From a virus: DNA of 41,208 nucleotides. The notes beneath the pieces are model-generated. The model saw only the letters and a program-made list of their open reading frames with translations, did not search any database and had not been told where the DNA came from. This document shows positions 1-9,416 of this stretch, in pieces. The DNA lies in UHGV virus genome UHGV-0041851; one strand, written 5' to 3'. A program made the translations under genes and the position numbers. Each line of letters starts with the position of its first letter. Within the stretch, counting starts at the first letter, position 1.

Positions 1-55
1 TACGGTAAGCTGAATATGGAGTTCTGAGCCTTCCCACCATGATCGGGGAAGACCC
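1..55. repeat. Terminal inverted repeat, left copy (exact reverse complement of 41154-41208)
   Basis: Reverse complement of the last 55 nt of the window equals the first 55 nt exactly; identity stops at nt 56. Confidence 0.9.
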
Positions 56-88
56 ATAAATGAACAGTATTATTGAGGTGGAAACGCT

Positions 89-478
89 ATGGGCTTCCCT
101 TCTCCTGCGGCGGATTATGTTGAAAGCCGAATTTCTCTTGATCAGCAACTAATCAGGCATCCATCAGCAACCTACTTCATGCGGGCAGCTGATAGCCATC
201 ACCGTGAGGGAATATTGCAGGGTGCTTTGCTGGTGGTTGATTCCTCGCTTACTCCGGTTGATGGTTCTCTGCTTGTGTGCGCTATGGAGGGTGAATATCG
301 CATAAAGAGATACAGGAAGTATCCGCGCCAGCACCTGGAGGATTTAAGCACCGGGAAGAAAGAGGCGTTACCAGTAGATGACGATGGATGCACGGGCAGT
401 AATGCTGTTTTTGGTGTGATCACTCATGTCATCAATGATGCCCGAAGTGGGGAGTTTGATGATTGTCCGGTGATTTAA
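89..478 (+). CDS. humD: HumD, UmuD'-like SOS mutagenesis protein homolog
   Basis: 129-aa ORF; translation aligns by eye with the UmuD C-terminal domain (GFPSPAADYVE, HPSATYF, FGVV/ITHV); sits directly upstream of phd-doc. Confidence 0.8.
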   Translation: MGFPSPAADYVESRISLDQQLIRHPSATYFMRAADSHHREGILQGALLVVDSSLTPVDGSLLVCAMEGEYRIKRYRKYPRQHLEDLSTGKKEALPVDDDGCTGSNAVFGVITHVINDARSGEFDDCPVI

Positions 479-550
479 GCTGCAAAGTGCTGGTGCTTTA
501 TGCCTGTGAAGTTTATAATTGTGTACACATAACGAGTACACGAGGTGTTT

Positions 551-772
551 ATGCAATCCATTAACTTCCGTACCGCGCGCGGCAACCTTTCTGAAGTGCT
601 CAACAATGTTGAAGCCGGGGAAGAGGTTGAAATCACCCGCAGAGGCCGTGAGCCAGCAGTAATTGTCAGCAAGGCTACTTTCGAAGCCTACAAAAAAGCG
701 GCGCTGGATGCTGAATTTGCATCCCTGTTTGACACTCTGGACTCCACCAACAAGGAACTGGTTAACCGATAA
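551..772 (+). CDS. phd: Phd antitoxin (prevent host death)
   Basis: 73-aa product [32 protein letters not shown]... recognised as P1 Phd; ATG at 551 is two codons inside the GTG-started track ORF; stop overlaps doc start (TAATG). Confidence 0.95.
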
Positions 773-1152
773 TGAGGCATATATCACCGGAAGAACTTAT
801 TGCGCTTCATGATGCGAATATAAGCCGCTACGGCGGCCTGCCGGGAATGTCAGATCCGGGTAGGGCAGAGGCCATTATCGGGAGAGTTCAGGCCAGAGTT
901 GCCTACGAAGAGATCACCGACCTTTTCGAAGTCTCCGCCACCTACCTGGTGGCTACAGCGAGAGGGCATATATTCAATGATGCCAATAAGCGTACCGCGC
1001 TAAACAGTGCGCTGCTATTTCTACGCCGTAACGGGGTGCAGGTATTTGATTCACCTGAACTGGCAGACCTTACCGTAGGCGCTGCGACTGGCGAGATATC
1101 TGTATCTTCTGTCGCCGACACGTTACGTAGATTGTATGGTTCTGCGGAGTAG
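772..1152 (+). CDS. doc: Doc toxin (Fic-fold kinase, death on curing)
   Basis: 126-aa product [22 protein letters not shown]... recognised as P1 Doc; coupled to phd. Confidence 0.95.
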
Positions 1153-1156
1153 ATTA

Positions 1157-1336
1157 ATGGCACGTAAATACAACAAGTTGTCCCGTGAAGCGTTAAAGAT
1201 GCTTCTTGATGGCGTGAGTCGCCGCGAGGTAAAGCAATACCTGGTTGGTAGGCAAATTGGTGCCAGGACCGCTATTGCTGTGTTATGCCGTCAGGAAATG
1301 GCTGTGCTTAAACAGAGAATGCCGGGCAGCAGATAA
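1157..1336 (+). CDS. pdcA: Small basic protein downstream of doc (pdcA-like)
   Basis: 59-aa ORF from the ATG at 1157 (MARKYNKLSREALKMLL...); name is by position after doc as I recall the P1 map; function unknown. Confidence 0.4.
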   Translation: MARKYNKLSREALKMLLDGVSRREVKQYLVGRQIGARTAIAVLCRQEMAVLKQRMPGSR

Positions 1337-1363
1337 AGCCCAATCAGTGATTAAAGGTGTGAT

Positions 1364-2407
1364 GTGAAAGCCGTAATTACTCCCTTTGTACAGAAAGAGC
1401 TTGGCCTCGCCACGTTCAAAGTGGATCAGGAGGTCAGAAAGCTGGTGGAGGCTGGCCGTAAATTTATTATGGAGCCGGTGCCGCGTGAGTTAATCGAGCA
1501 CATGGAAGACGGCCTCGTTGTTACCGAGCAAACCATGGCAACAAATGAGGCGTTGCAGCCGTTTTTTAACAGCGATGAACTGTTTCGCCGTATTGGTGGA
1601 ATTGACGCGCTGGTTGCGTGGTTGCGTAGGAAAGAGGGTCAATGCCAGGCCGCAGATCGTAGTTGGTGTGACAACCATATTGTCCACGCTGAACGAGACA
1701 ATAGCGCGGTGTTGTTGTGCTGGCATCACGATAACCATTACCGGATGCGTGGTTTTAATGAGCTGAAAGAAACGCTGCACAATAATCGCGTTAACTGGAT
1801 ACTGGATGTCGCCCGTCAGGAAATGGGCCTTTCAAATAGCCATGATTTAAGTATTCAGGAGCTGTGCTGGTGGGCTTTCATGCGCAACATGATGCACCTG
1901 ATGCCGGAAGAAGTCTGCCGCATATCAATAAATAAGATGAAGGCTACTCCGCAGGATAGTGGACCTCTGAAAGAGGCGGATATTCGCCCGTATGACGATC
2001 GCGCTACAGCATATGTTCAGATGATGGAAGAACGCGCCGCGCCGATGCGTGCAAAAGTATGCCCTGTGGATGTTGACTCCGACCCTAGCATGGCGCATTT
2101 CAAAATACCAAAACTTCAATCGCTAAAATTGCCCGAGTACATGGATTTTGTGGCTTCCCGTCCATGCTGTGGCTGTGGAGCTGCGGGAGCTGGCGCTCAC
2201 ATTACGCCTTATATCGTTCGTCATAGTCGATTATGCGCGCATGACATTTATGCTATTCCTCTGTGCCAGTCATGCCAGCGTGATATTGAGCGTGACCGCG
2301 ATAATTGGGAGAAGACGCACGGTAGGCTGGCGATGCATCAACGATTGTTCTTTGATTACGCGCTTGGAGTCGGCGCTATCACAAGTCATTCGTCGAGCGT
2401 TAGATGA
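1364..2407 (+). CDS. pdcB: Cysteine/histidine-rich hypothetical protein (pdcB-like)
   Basis: 347-aa ORF with GTG start after a GGTG Shine-Dalgarno; C-terminal cluster PCCGCG..H..C.H..CQSCQ suggests metal binding; name by position only. Confidence 0.45.
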   Translation: MKAVITPFVQKELGLATFKVDQEVRKLVEAGRKFIMEPVPRELIEHMEDGLVVTEQTMATNEALQPFFNSDELFRRIGGIDALVAWLRRKEGQCQAADRSWCDNHIVHAERDNSAVLLCWHHDNHYRMRGFNELKETLHNNRVNWILDVARQEMGLSNSHDLSIQELCWWAFMRNMMHLMPEEVCRISINKMKATPQDSGPLKEADIRPYDDRATAYVQMMEERAAPMRAKVCPVDVDSDPSMAHFKIPKLQSLKLPEYMDFVASRPCCGCGAAGAGAHITPYIVRHSRLCAHDIYAIPLCQSCQRDIERDRDNWEKTHGRLAMHQRLFFDYALGVGAITSHSSSVR

Positions 2408-2408
2408 A

Positions 2409-2425
2409 ATTGCTCTAATGCATTG
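2409..2425 (+). promoter_or_regulatory. C1 repressor operator-like site upstream of lpa
   Basis: ATTGCTCTAATGCATTG matches the asymmetric 17-bp C1 operator consensus ATTGCTCTAATAAATTT at 13/17 positions; about 70 bp upstream of lpa. Confidence 0.5.
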
Positions 2426-2495
2426 CTATTTCTTTAATCGATGGTATTATATTCGACGTTGATTAGTTGACATGGGCTAATCAGTAGGTGACAGG

Positions 2496-2948
2496 ATGTT
2501 ACTTAACTGGCAGGGACGCCACTTCATGGAAATAAATCACTCACGAATAACATCGTACGAGATTGCGGATTACATGATCCGCACTAAATCTCTTCTATCA
2601 GCGAAAGAACTCGCAGCAATTCTTGAAAAGGAATACCCGCATCTGGATGTCGATAAGCGCGATGTTTATCTGCGCTTAAAGGCTATCGCTGTGTCTAAGT
2701 ATTCGTCTGTTTTGATTGATGACAGTACACGCCCACGTAGATTTCAGATCCACTCTCTGAATCCTGAATTCTTTCGCCGCAGCCGCGCTCCGCGCCGGTT
2801 TGATGAAAAACTCCAGAACGAACTCTATATGACGCAGGACGAAAAGGAACGCCGGGAGCACCAGCCTTGGGTAATGGCGCGTCAACTTTTCAATAAGGTG
2901 GCCCGTCAGCACCGTCATTACGGTAATGCCACATCCGCACGTATCTGA
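2496..2948 (+). CDS. lpa: Lpa, late promoter activator (gene 10)
   Basis: 150-aa ORF directly upstream of pacA with a C1 operator in front; true start may be the internal ATG at 2526 (MEINHSRITSY...). Confidence 0.6.
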   Translation: MLLNWQGRHFMEINHSRITSYEIADYMIRTKSLLSAKELAAILEKEYPHLDVDKRDVYLRLKAIAVSKYSSVLIDDSTRPRRFQIHSLNPEFFRRSRAPRRFDEKLQNELYMTQDEKERREHQPWVMARQLFNKVARQHRHYGNATSARI

Positions 2949-2974
2949 TTGATTGCTTGCCCGTTCCGGGCCTT

Positions 2975-2987
2975 TTGACATGTGACT
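2975..2987 (+). promoter_or_regulatory. Candidate late-promoter element upstream of pacA
   Basis: TTGACATGTGACT, one of four copies of the motif T-T/G-A/G-ACA-A/T-GTGA-C/T-T found in the same orientation upstream of late genes (pacA, mat, prt, lyz). Confidence 0.4.
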
Positions 2988-3033
2988 TTCGTTACCCTCG
3001 CGTCAAAAAGAGTTTTTACGAAAGGAAGCATAA

Positions 3034-4227
3034 GTGACCTGGGACGATCACAAGAAGAATTTTGCTCGCCTGGCGCGAGATGGTGGTTACACCATCGCAC
3101 AGTATGCCGCCGAGTTTAATCTTAACCCTAATACCGCACGTCGTTATCTCCGTGCCTTCAAAGAAGACACCAGGACTGCGGACAGCCGCAAGCCAAATAA
3201 GCCAGTCAGGAAGCCACTAAAAGGCATGATCATTGATCACTCTAATGATCAACATGCAGGTGATCATATTGCGGCTGAAATAGCGGAAAAACAGAGAGTT
3301 AATGCCGTTGTCAGTGCCGCAGTCGAGAATGCGAAGCGCCAAAATAAGCGCATAAATGATCGTTCAGATGATCATGACGTGATCACCCGCGCCCACCGGA
3401 CCTTACGTGATCGTCTGGAACGCGACACCCTGGATGATGATGGTGAACGCTTTGAATTCGAAGCTGGCGATTACCTGATAGATAACGTTGAAGCGCGGAA
3501 GGCCGCGCGCGCTATGTTGCGTCGGTCCGGGGCCGATGTTCTGGAAACCACTCTTCTTGAAAAGTCTCTTTCTCATCTCCTTATGCTGGAGAACGCCAGG
3601 GATACGTGTATTCGCCTGGTGCAGGAAATGCGCGATCAGCAAAAAGACGATGATGGAGGTACTCCGCCTGAATACCGTATCGCGAGCATGCTAAACAGCT
3701 GTTCCGCGCAGATAAGCAGTCTGATCAACACCATTTACAGCATCCGGAATAACTATCGAAAAGAAAGCCGGGAGGCGGAAAAGCACGCTTTGTCTATGGG
3801 GCAAGCTGGCATTGTTAAGCTGGCATACGAACGAAAGCGTGAAAATAACTGGTCAGTGCTGGAAGCAGCTGAATTCATCGAGGCGCATGGTGGGAAAGTT
3901 CCGCCCCTGATGCTGGAGCAAATCAAAGCCGATCTGCGTGCTCCTAAGACCAATACCGATGATGAGGAAAGGCAAACAGCCGTCGGTGGCCCTTCTCTTG
4001 AAGATCTGGACAAAGTTGCGCGAGAACGGGCCGCCAACCGCCGCGCCGATGCCGCATTGTGGATTGAGCAGCGTAGGGAAGAAATCGCCGATATCGTTGA
4101 TACAGGCGGTTATGGAGATGTTGATACTGAAGGTGTATCAAACGACCCATGGCTGGAACAAGACCTGGACGAAGACGAGGAGGAAGACGAAGAAGTTACC
4201 CGCAAGCTATACGGGGATGATGATTAA
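3034..4227 (+). CDS. pacA: PacA, terminase pac-recognition subunit
   Basis: 397-aa ORF (GTG start) [28 protein letters not shown]...; acidic C-terminal tail; contains the GATC-rich pac site. Confidence 0.9.
   Translation: MTWDDHKKNFARLARDGGYTIAQYAAEFNLNPNTARRYLRAFKEDTRTADSRKPNKPVRKPLKGMIIDHSNDQHAGDHIAAEIAEKQRVNAVVSAAVENAKRQNKRINDRSDDHDVITRAHRTLRDRLERDTLDDDGERFEFEAGDYLIDNVEARKAARAMLRRSGADVLETTLLEKSLSHLLMLENARDTCIRLVQEMRDQQKDDDGGTPPEYRIASMLNSCSAQISSLINTIYSIRNNYRKESREAEKHALSMGQAGIVKLAYERKRENNWSVLEAAEFIEAHGGKVPPLMLEQIKADLRAPKTNTDDEERQTAVGGPSLEDLDKVARERAANRRADAALWIEQRREEIADIVDTGGYGDVDTEGVSNDPWLEQDLDEDEEEDEEVTRKLYGDDD
3225..3412 (+). other. pac packaging site (clustered GATC-containing hexamers)
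   Basis: Two clusters of TGATCA/G-type elements inside pacA: four at 3226-3268 and three or four at 3357-3412, matching the known architecture of P1 pac. Confidence 0.8.
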
Positions 4228-5711
4228 TGGCCAGAAGTTGCGTAACGGATCCACGTTGGCGCGAGCTGGTGGCGCTATATCGTTATGACTGGATTGCTGC
4301 CGCTGATGTTTTGTTCGGCAAAACACCTACCTGGCAGCAGGATCTGATTATTGAGTCTGTGCAGGAACAGGGTAGCAAGACATCTGTTTCGTCTGGTCAC
4401 GGTACCGGGAAATCAGACATGACTTCTATCATGATCATGTTGTTCATAATCATGTATCCCGGTGCCCGCGCCATTATCGTTGCGAACAAAATTCAGCAGG
4501 TAATGACCGGTATATTCAAGTACATCAAGATAAACTGGGCTACTGCCACCAGCCGTTTTCCATGGCTTGCTGATTATTTTGTTCTGACAGAAACCGCTTT
4601 CTATGAGGTTACTGGTAAAGGTGTATGGACTGTAGTACCGAAGGGCTTTCGTCTGGGAAGTGAAGAAGCTCTCGCCGGTGAACACGCAGATCATCTTCTG
4701 TATATTATCGATGAAGCCTCCGGTGTCAGTGATAGAGCTTTCGGTATCATCACCGGTGCTCTTACCGGACAGGATAACCGCATCTTATTGCTGTCACAGC
4801 CTACACGCCCAAGCGGCTATTTCTACGATACACACCATAAACTGGCCAAGCGTCCTGGTAACCCTGATGGCGTTTATACGGCGATCACGCTTAACAGTGA
4901 GGAATCACCGTTGGTAACGCCAGCATTTATCAAAATGAAGCTGGCGGAGTACGGCGGGCGTGATAACCCTATGTACATGATTAAGGTACGCGGCCTATTC
5001 CCTAAATCACAGGATGGCTTCCTTCTTGGGCGTGATGAGGTTGAACGTGCAACGCGGCGGAAAGTCAAGATTGCAAAAGGATGGGGCTGGCTTGCATGTG
5101 TGGACGTTGCTGGTGGTACGGGACGGGATAAGTCCGTTATCAATATCATGATGGTGTCCGGCCAGCGAAATAAACGCCGTGTAATCAACTATCGAATGCT
5201 GGAATACACAGACGTTACAGAAACGCAGCTTGCCGCCAAAATTTTCGCAGAATGTAATCCTGAGCGATTCCCCAATATCACCATAGCGATAGACGGCGAT
5301 GGCCTGGGTAAAGCAACGGCGGATCTGATGTACGAGTATTATGGTATTACCGTACAGCGTATACGCTGGGGTAAAAAGATGCATAGCCGTGAAGATAAGA
5401 GCCTGTACTTTGATAAACGTGCTTATGCCAACGTTCAAGCCGCAGAGGCCGTAAAATCTGGTCGTATGAGACTGGATAAGGGTAATGAAACTATTGAGGA
5501 AGCGTCGAAAATCCCTGTAGGGATTAACTCCGCAGGTCAATGGAAGGTGATGAGTAAGGAGGATATGAAGAAAAAACTCAACCTGCACTCACCAGACCAT
5601 TGGGATACATATTGTTTCGCTATGCTGGCTGATTATGTTCCCCAGGATGAAGTGCTTAGCGTCGAAGACGAAGCGCAGGTTGATGAAGCTCTGGCATGGC
5701 TTAATGAATGA
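4227..5711 (+). CDS. pacB: PacB, terminase large subunit
   Basis: 494-aa ORF overlapping the pacA stop (ATGA); ATPase/nuclease-like length and operon position. Confidence 0.9.
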   Translation: MARSCVTDPRWRELVALYRYDWIAAADVLFGKTPTWQQDLIIESVQEQGSKTSVSSGHGTGKSDMTSIMIMLFIIMYPGARAIIVANKIQQVMTGIFKYIKINWATATSRFPWLADYFVLTETAFYEVTGKGVWTVVPKGFRLGSEEALAGEHADHLLYIIDEASGVSDRAFGIITGALTGQDNRILLLSQPTRPSGYFYDTHHKLAKRPGNPDGVYTAITLNSEESPLVTPAFIKMKLAEYGGRDNPMYMIKVRGLFPKSQDGFLLGRDEVERATRRKVKIAKGWGWLACVDVAGGTGRDKSVINIMMVSGQRNKRRVINYRMLEYTDVTETQLAAKIFAECNPERFPNITIAIDGDGLGKATADLMYEYYGITVQRIRWGKKMHSREDKSLYFDKRAYANVQAAEAVKSGRMRLDKGNETIEEASKIPVGINSAGQWKVMSKEDMKKKLNLHSPDHWDTYCFAMLADYVPQDEVLSVEDEAQVDEALAWLNE

Positions 5712-5714
5712 ATA

Positions 5715-5731
5715 TTTGCTCTAATAAATTG
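5715..5731 (+). promoter_or_regulatory. C1 operator-like site immediately after pacB
   Basis: TTTGCTCTAATAAATTG matches the C1 operator consensus at 15/17; lies at the head of the icd/ant leader region. Confidence 0.55.
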
Positions 5732-5744
5732 TGTTTTTTAACTA

Positions 5745-5885
5745 CCGATGTTACATTGAGCCTGACCTCTTGCGCCTTGAGGCATTTTCGGTTTATGCTT
5801 ATCAGGCACCTCATTAAAACGGGTGCCGGGATTGGCCTCCCGCTTAAGTCTAAGGCGATACAGACGCCGCTCGCGTCTTTTTTTT
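5745..5885 (+). ncRNA. Candidate c4-like antisense RNA / structured leader
   Basis: About 140 nt between the operator and an intrinsic terminator; contains hairpin GGCACC..GGTGCC and a CCUCC element (5836-5840) within ATTGGCCTCCCGCTTAAGTC that is imperfectly complementary to the icd ribosome-binding region (GTCTAAGGAGGCTGCCAAT, 6033-6051). Confidence 0.3.
5863..5885 (+). terminator. Rho-independent terminator-like hairpin plus T8
   Basis: GACGC-CGCTC-GCGTC stem-loop followed by TTTTTTTT. Confidence 0.55.
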
Positions 5886-6050
5886 GTATCGGCGTACACG
5901 CACACCTCTACAATGGTGGGCTGTATGGGGCTACCTTCGGGTAGGCTGGTTACCTTGGACGCCAGTAAGGCCAACTCCGTACAGTCCACCGCCAGCAAGA
6001 TTGGTCTCTTCTGCGGTGGTTACATACCAACGTCTAAGGAGGCTGCCAAT

Positions 6051-6272
6051 ATGGCTACTATCCCTACCCCAACTCATCCTGAATTTATCTGGCGCTTTTA
6101 CTCCTGCCAAAAACGTCACTATCACTTCGTTATTGCACCGACAGAAGATGAGGCCCGCTCTCAGCTTCCTGACGCCCCATGTATTTTCTCTGCCCGTTTT
6201 TCCACTGATTCACGCAATTCTCTCAGTTACTGGTGCCTCCCTGTTAACGCTTCTGCTCAGGAGGGACTATGA
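6051..6272 (+). CDS. icd: Icd-like small protein (73 aa) translationally coupled to ant
   Basis: ATG at 6051 preceded by TAAGGAGG at good spacing; 73 codons; stop overlaps the ant start (ATGA at 6269-6272); size and arrangement match P1 icd as I recall it. Confidence 0.55.
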   Translation: MATIPTPTHPEFIWRFYSCQKRHYHFVIAPTEDEARSQLPDAPCIFSARFSTDSRNSLSYWCLPVNASAQEGL

Positions 6273-7387
6273 GAACGTCATTAGTCACCCGTGAAGAGAT
6301 GATCGAGGCAATTGAACAGCACACTGCCTGTATCAGTACCAGGGATATACCAGGCGTTATTGCCAATTACTTCATGATCACCAAACAACTTTACCGGAGA
6401 AAGGACAAGAACGCGGTTCACCGTATCCTGTTGTCTGATATCCGCGAATACCTGCTCGAACAGGGTCATCTGAATTACGCAACCGCCGCAGCCGAAGCAC
6501 GCAAGGAGGCACACAGAATGAAAGCAACTAACGTTAAATCAGAAAAAATTCATGCACCTTCAGTTCAAGAATCGGAGCTGGTGGTTGTTCAGAATCAGTC
6601 TGATGAAATTCCCGTTCTGGAATGGCAGGGAGTGCGTGTAGTGACAACCGAGACTCTTGCTAGAGGGTATGGGACAGAAACAATCCGTATTCGCCAAAAT
6701 CATCATGAGAACAAAGTACGCTTTGTTGAAGGGAAGCACTTTTTCAAAGTTGAAGGAGAATCATTGCGCGAGTTGAAGCACAGAGTAGCTTTAAACTACT
6801 CTGTAAAAATTGCTCGCAATGTTCGCTCACTCACCCTCTGGACAGAACGCGGCGCAGCCCGCCACGCTAAAATGCTCGAAACCGATCAGGCATGGGCATT
6901 CTTTGAAAAACTGGAAGACAGCTACTTCCGACAAAAAGAACAGCAACCGATCGCAATCCCCCAGACGCTTCCTGAAGCCCTACGCCTGGCTGCCGAACTG
7001 GCTGAACAAAAGCAACTTCTGGAACAGAAAGCCCACCAGCTAAATCAGCAGCTGGTGGCCGCCGCTCCTAAAGTCGATTTTGCCGACCGGGTATCAGTAG
7101 CTAAAGGGATCCTGATTGGGAATTTTGCAAAGGTTGTTGGACTTAAACAAAACGCGCTGTTTGTCTGGTTACGGGAGAACGGCATCCTGATAGCGTCCGG
7201 TGGACGTAAAAATGTGCCGTTCCAGCAGTACATCAACGCGGGGTATTTCACGGTGAAAGAAGTGGTGCTGGATGATGAAGATGGCTACCAGATACGGTTG
7301 ACGCCTCAATTAACGGGTAAAGGCCAGCAGTGGTTGACGCGTAAACTGCTCGATGCTGGCTTGTTAAAACCGGTGGCGGCTGAATAA
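6269..7387 (+). CDS. ant1: Antirepressor Ant1 (ORF6N-like central domain, KilA-C-like C-terminus); nested Ant2 from in-frame ATG at 6518
   Basis: 372 aa (about 42 kDa); in-frame ATG at codon 84 has a strong AAGGAGG Shine-Dalgarno and gives 289 aa (about 32 kDa), matching the reported 42/32-kDa Ant1/Ant2 pair; domain call is from motif recognition only. Confidence 0.7.
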   Translation: MRTSLVTREEMIEAIEQHTACISTRDIPGVIANYFMITKQLYRRKDKNAVHRILLSDIREYLLEQGHLNYATAAAEARKEAHRMKATNVKSEKIHAPSVQESELVVVQNQSDEIPVLEWQGVRVVTTETLARGYGTETIRIRQNHHENKVRFVEGKHFFKVEGESLRELKHRVALNYSVKIARNVRSLTLWTERGAARHAKMLETDQAWAFFEKLEDSYFRQKEQQPIAIPQTLPEALRLAAELAEQKQLLEQKAHQLNQQLVAAAPKVDFADRVSVAKGILIGNFAKVVGLKQNALFVWLRENGILIASGGRKNVPFQQYINAGYFTVKEVVLDDEDGYQIRLTPQLTGKGQQWLTRKLLDAGLLKPVAAE

Positions 7388-7419
7388 TGGAAGAATGCCC
7401 GGTTGATGCCGGGCATAAT

Positions 7420-8271
7420 TTATTGCGCGCTTTCGGGGTTGTCGTTTACTGGCTGCCCCTTCTTGGTTTTACGGCTGCGCGTAACTGATGCGGCTGACTT
7501 AACCTTTTTCTCTTCGCGAGTGATGGCAATTTGTTTTTTTACATTTTCAATATCTGCCAGGCGATATATTTTTGCTTGCGGCCAGCGGTCGCAGATGATC
7601 GGTTCTATGGAGTCATAAAGGCTAAATTTTGCTTTTTCGAATTCACCGTTGATGATAATTCCATCACGGAGAGTTTCATCGCAGATAAACACGCCACACA
7701 GTGGCACATGGTAACTAACTGATTTACCATCATTGTAGTTAGGGCTACTGGAAATGTAGTGGACGCGCAGCATTGTTTCGCTAAAGCCGTGTACGCGCAT
7801 ACGGAATTTTTCATCCTCCGGGTACTGCTTCATTAGCTCTTTTGTTGCTTCTAGGTTCTCTATGTATTTCGCACTGTGCTCATTGATCCCCGCGCTTTTT
7901 TGGATGCGAATGTCCTTATCAATCAGATGAATAATGCGGCCAGCGGTCATGTTGACGCTGTTCACAGCTTCTGTCTGATAAGTTGTAACCTTACGCACAC
8001 CGCGAAGGATGTTAGGCACTGGATATAAAATAGTCTTTGGGATATTGAGGTCTGGGTACTGTTCCAGTTCCCGCGCCATTAAAGTCCATTTATCAATTTC
8101 AGCCTGAATGCTGTCAGTTTCTTTGAACGGTAGAACGACAACCGGGCGTACAGGACGACCGTCGCTGGCTGTATCAACGTGTTGGGCGCGTGCAACAGCT
8201 TTTTTTAGAAAGAGATCCCTGAAGCTGACGAACTCCTGGTACAGTTGTTCGCCGTAGACATAATTTATCAT
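7420..8271 (-). CDS. c1: C1 repressor of lysis
   Basis: 283-aa ORF of the length reported for P1 C1; flanked upstream by coi and operator-like sites; convergent with ant. Confidence 0.9.
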   Translation of the reverse strand: MINYVYGEQLYQEFVSFRDLFLKKAVARAQHVDTASDGRPVRPVVVLPFKETDSIQAEIDKWTLMARELEQYPDLNIPKTILYPVPNILRGVRKVTTYQTEAVNSVNMTAGRIIHLIDKDIRIQKSAGINEHSAKYIENLEATKELMKQYPEDEKFRMRVHGFSETMLRVHYISSSPNYNDGKSVSYHVPLCGVFICDETLRDGIIINGEFEKAKFSLYDSIEPIICDRWPQAKIYRLADIENVKKQIAITREEKKVKSAASVTRSRKTKKGQPVNDNPESAQ

Positions 8272-8365
8272 TGATCCTCCTCCAGAATTGACATGGTCAA
8301 TAACGCCCGGCTGAGAAAACCGGTCATTACTGACCTATATTATAGAGGGATCAAACAAAAATAAT

Positions 8366-8382
8366 AGATTTATTAGTGCATT
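8366..8382 (-). promoter_or_regulatory. C1 operator-like site between coi and c1
   Basis: Minus-strand AATGCACTAATAAATCT, an ATTGCACTAATAAATCT-type operator variant, overlapping the coi stop. Confidence 0.5.
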
Positions 8383-8591
8383 TATTGTGAGTCTAACTGG
8401 TTAGTTGCCATGAGATATTCGATTGTGTCAGTGAGGTCATCCAAGTCGTCTTGGGTGATGCGGTACTCCTGATTGGATATCTTTGAGTAGTGTTCAGCAA
8501 TGGCGCGGGCAGCGTCGGTTTCGGCAGGGTCTACAGATAAAGCGTTAGAGCAATGTCTAACGTCGTCGATGGTTGGTTGAATGAAAGCCAT
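8382..8591 (-). CDS. coi: Coi, C1 inactivator
   Basis: 69-aa ORF immediately upstream of c1 on the same strand, matching P1 coi size and position. Confidence 0.8.
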   Translation of the reverse strand: MAFIQPTIDDVRHCSNALSVDPAETDAARAIAEHYSKISNQEYRITQDDLDDLTDTIEYLMATNQLDSQ

Positions 8592-8829
8592 AATTATGCC
8601 TCACTGTATTGACAACACAGAGCCTGAAGCTCTGACCTACTGTTTCACCCATGATCCATGCTGGGGTAATCTAACAACATTGCGCTGTGTGTAAGATGAG
8701 CAATGCATAGCTGTAATGCCGTTGTATAAGGTTTCCCTGTTTGCTCATTTCCTTCTGAGCCGCTCTACAACGCTGAAGACACATTAAATAGTGAATCCAA
8801 AGTCGTATTACGTAACGGCGGCAAAACTA

Positions 8830-8846
8830 TAATTTATTAGAGCAAT
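8830..8846 (-). promoter_or_regulatory. C1 operator (Op99-type)
   Basis: Minus strand reads ATTGCTCTAATAAATTA, 16/17 to consensus. Confidence 0.6.
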
Positions 8847-8912
8847 TGTCAAACAACTATGAAAAACAATCCAGTTTTTAGCTGGTGGAGTGGGATTTTT
8901 CTCTCAAAATTT

Positions 8913-8929
8913 ATTGCTCTAATAATTCT
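8913..8929 (+). promoter_or_regulatory. C1 operator (Op99-type)
   Basis: ATTGCTCTAATAATTCT, 14/17 to consensus. Confidence 0.55.
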
Positions 8930-8972
8930 TGATTTTTGTGCGCAGCTGGACGTAAACTCCTCTTCGGACCTG

Positions 8973-9006
8973 ATAACTTCGTATAGCATACATTATACGA
9001 AGTTAT
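8973..9006 (+). other. loxP site-specific recombination site
   Basis: Exact 34-bp ATAACTTCGTATA-GCATACAT-TATACGAAGTTAT. Confidence 0.98.
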
Positions 9007-9416
9007 CTTAAGGGTTATTGAACATGATCAATTTACCTGTAAATCCATACAGTTCAATACCTTACCAGGTCAAATAGTGATCATTTGATCAAGGTTGCGC
9101 TACGTAAAATCTGCGAAATGTTGGCAGTGTTAGTGCTCCAGATTTCGCGTAGCGCACTTAGCACCACCAATCAATCAGAGGTGAAAAATGGGATATTCAG
9201 CTGCTAAAGTGTCCACTCATCTTGAGCTTGAGAAAAATCGTGGTTACTGGCGGGCAAAAGGGTTTGATCGTGATAGTTGTCAACTGTCATTATCGCGCGG
9301 TGAAGAAAAGATAGAACGCAGTCGCGGTCGTTGGCGTTTCTATGACGAGAACCATAAACAGGTAAAGGCAGAGCCGATCCTGTACACTTTACTTAAAACC
9401 ATTATCTGAGTGTCAA

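Noticed and set aside
368-787. 139-aa minus-strand ORF overlapping humD and phd
   Set aside because: Antisense to two well-supported genes; typical shadow ORF.
5823-6272. 149-aa track ORF covering the icd region
   Set aside because: Only the last 73 codons, from the ATG at 6051 with a strong Shine-Dalgarno, look genuine; the upstream part runs through the structured leader and terminator and has no ribosome-binding site.
9188-9409. 73-aa ORF between loxP and cre
   Set aside because: Lies in the loxP-cre intergenic region where cre promoters are expected; no convincing ribosome-binding site, and the loxP-to-cre spacing matches P1 without an extra gene.
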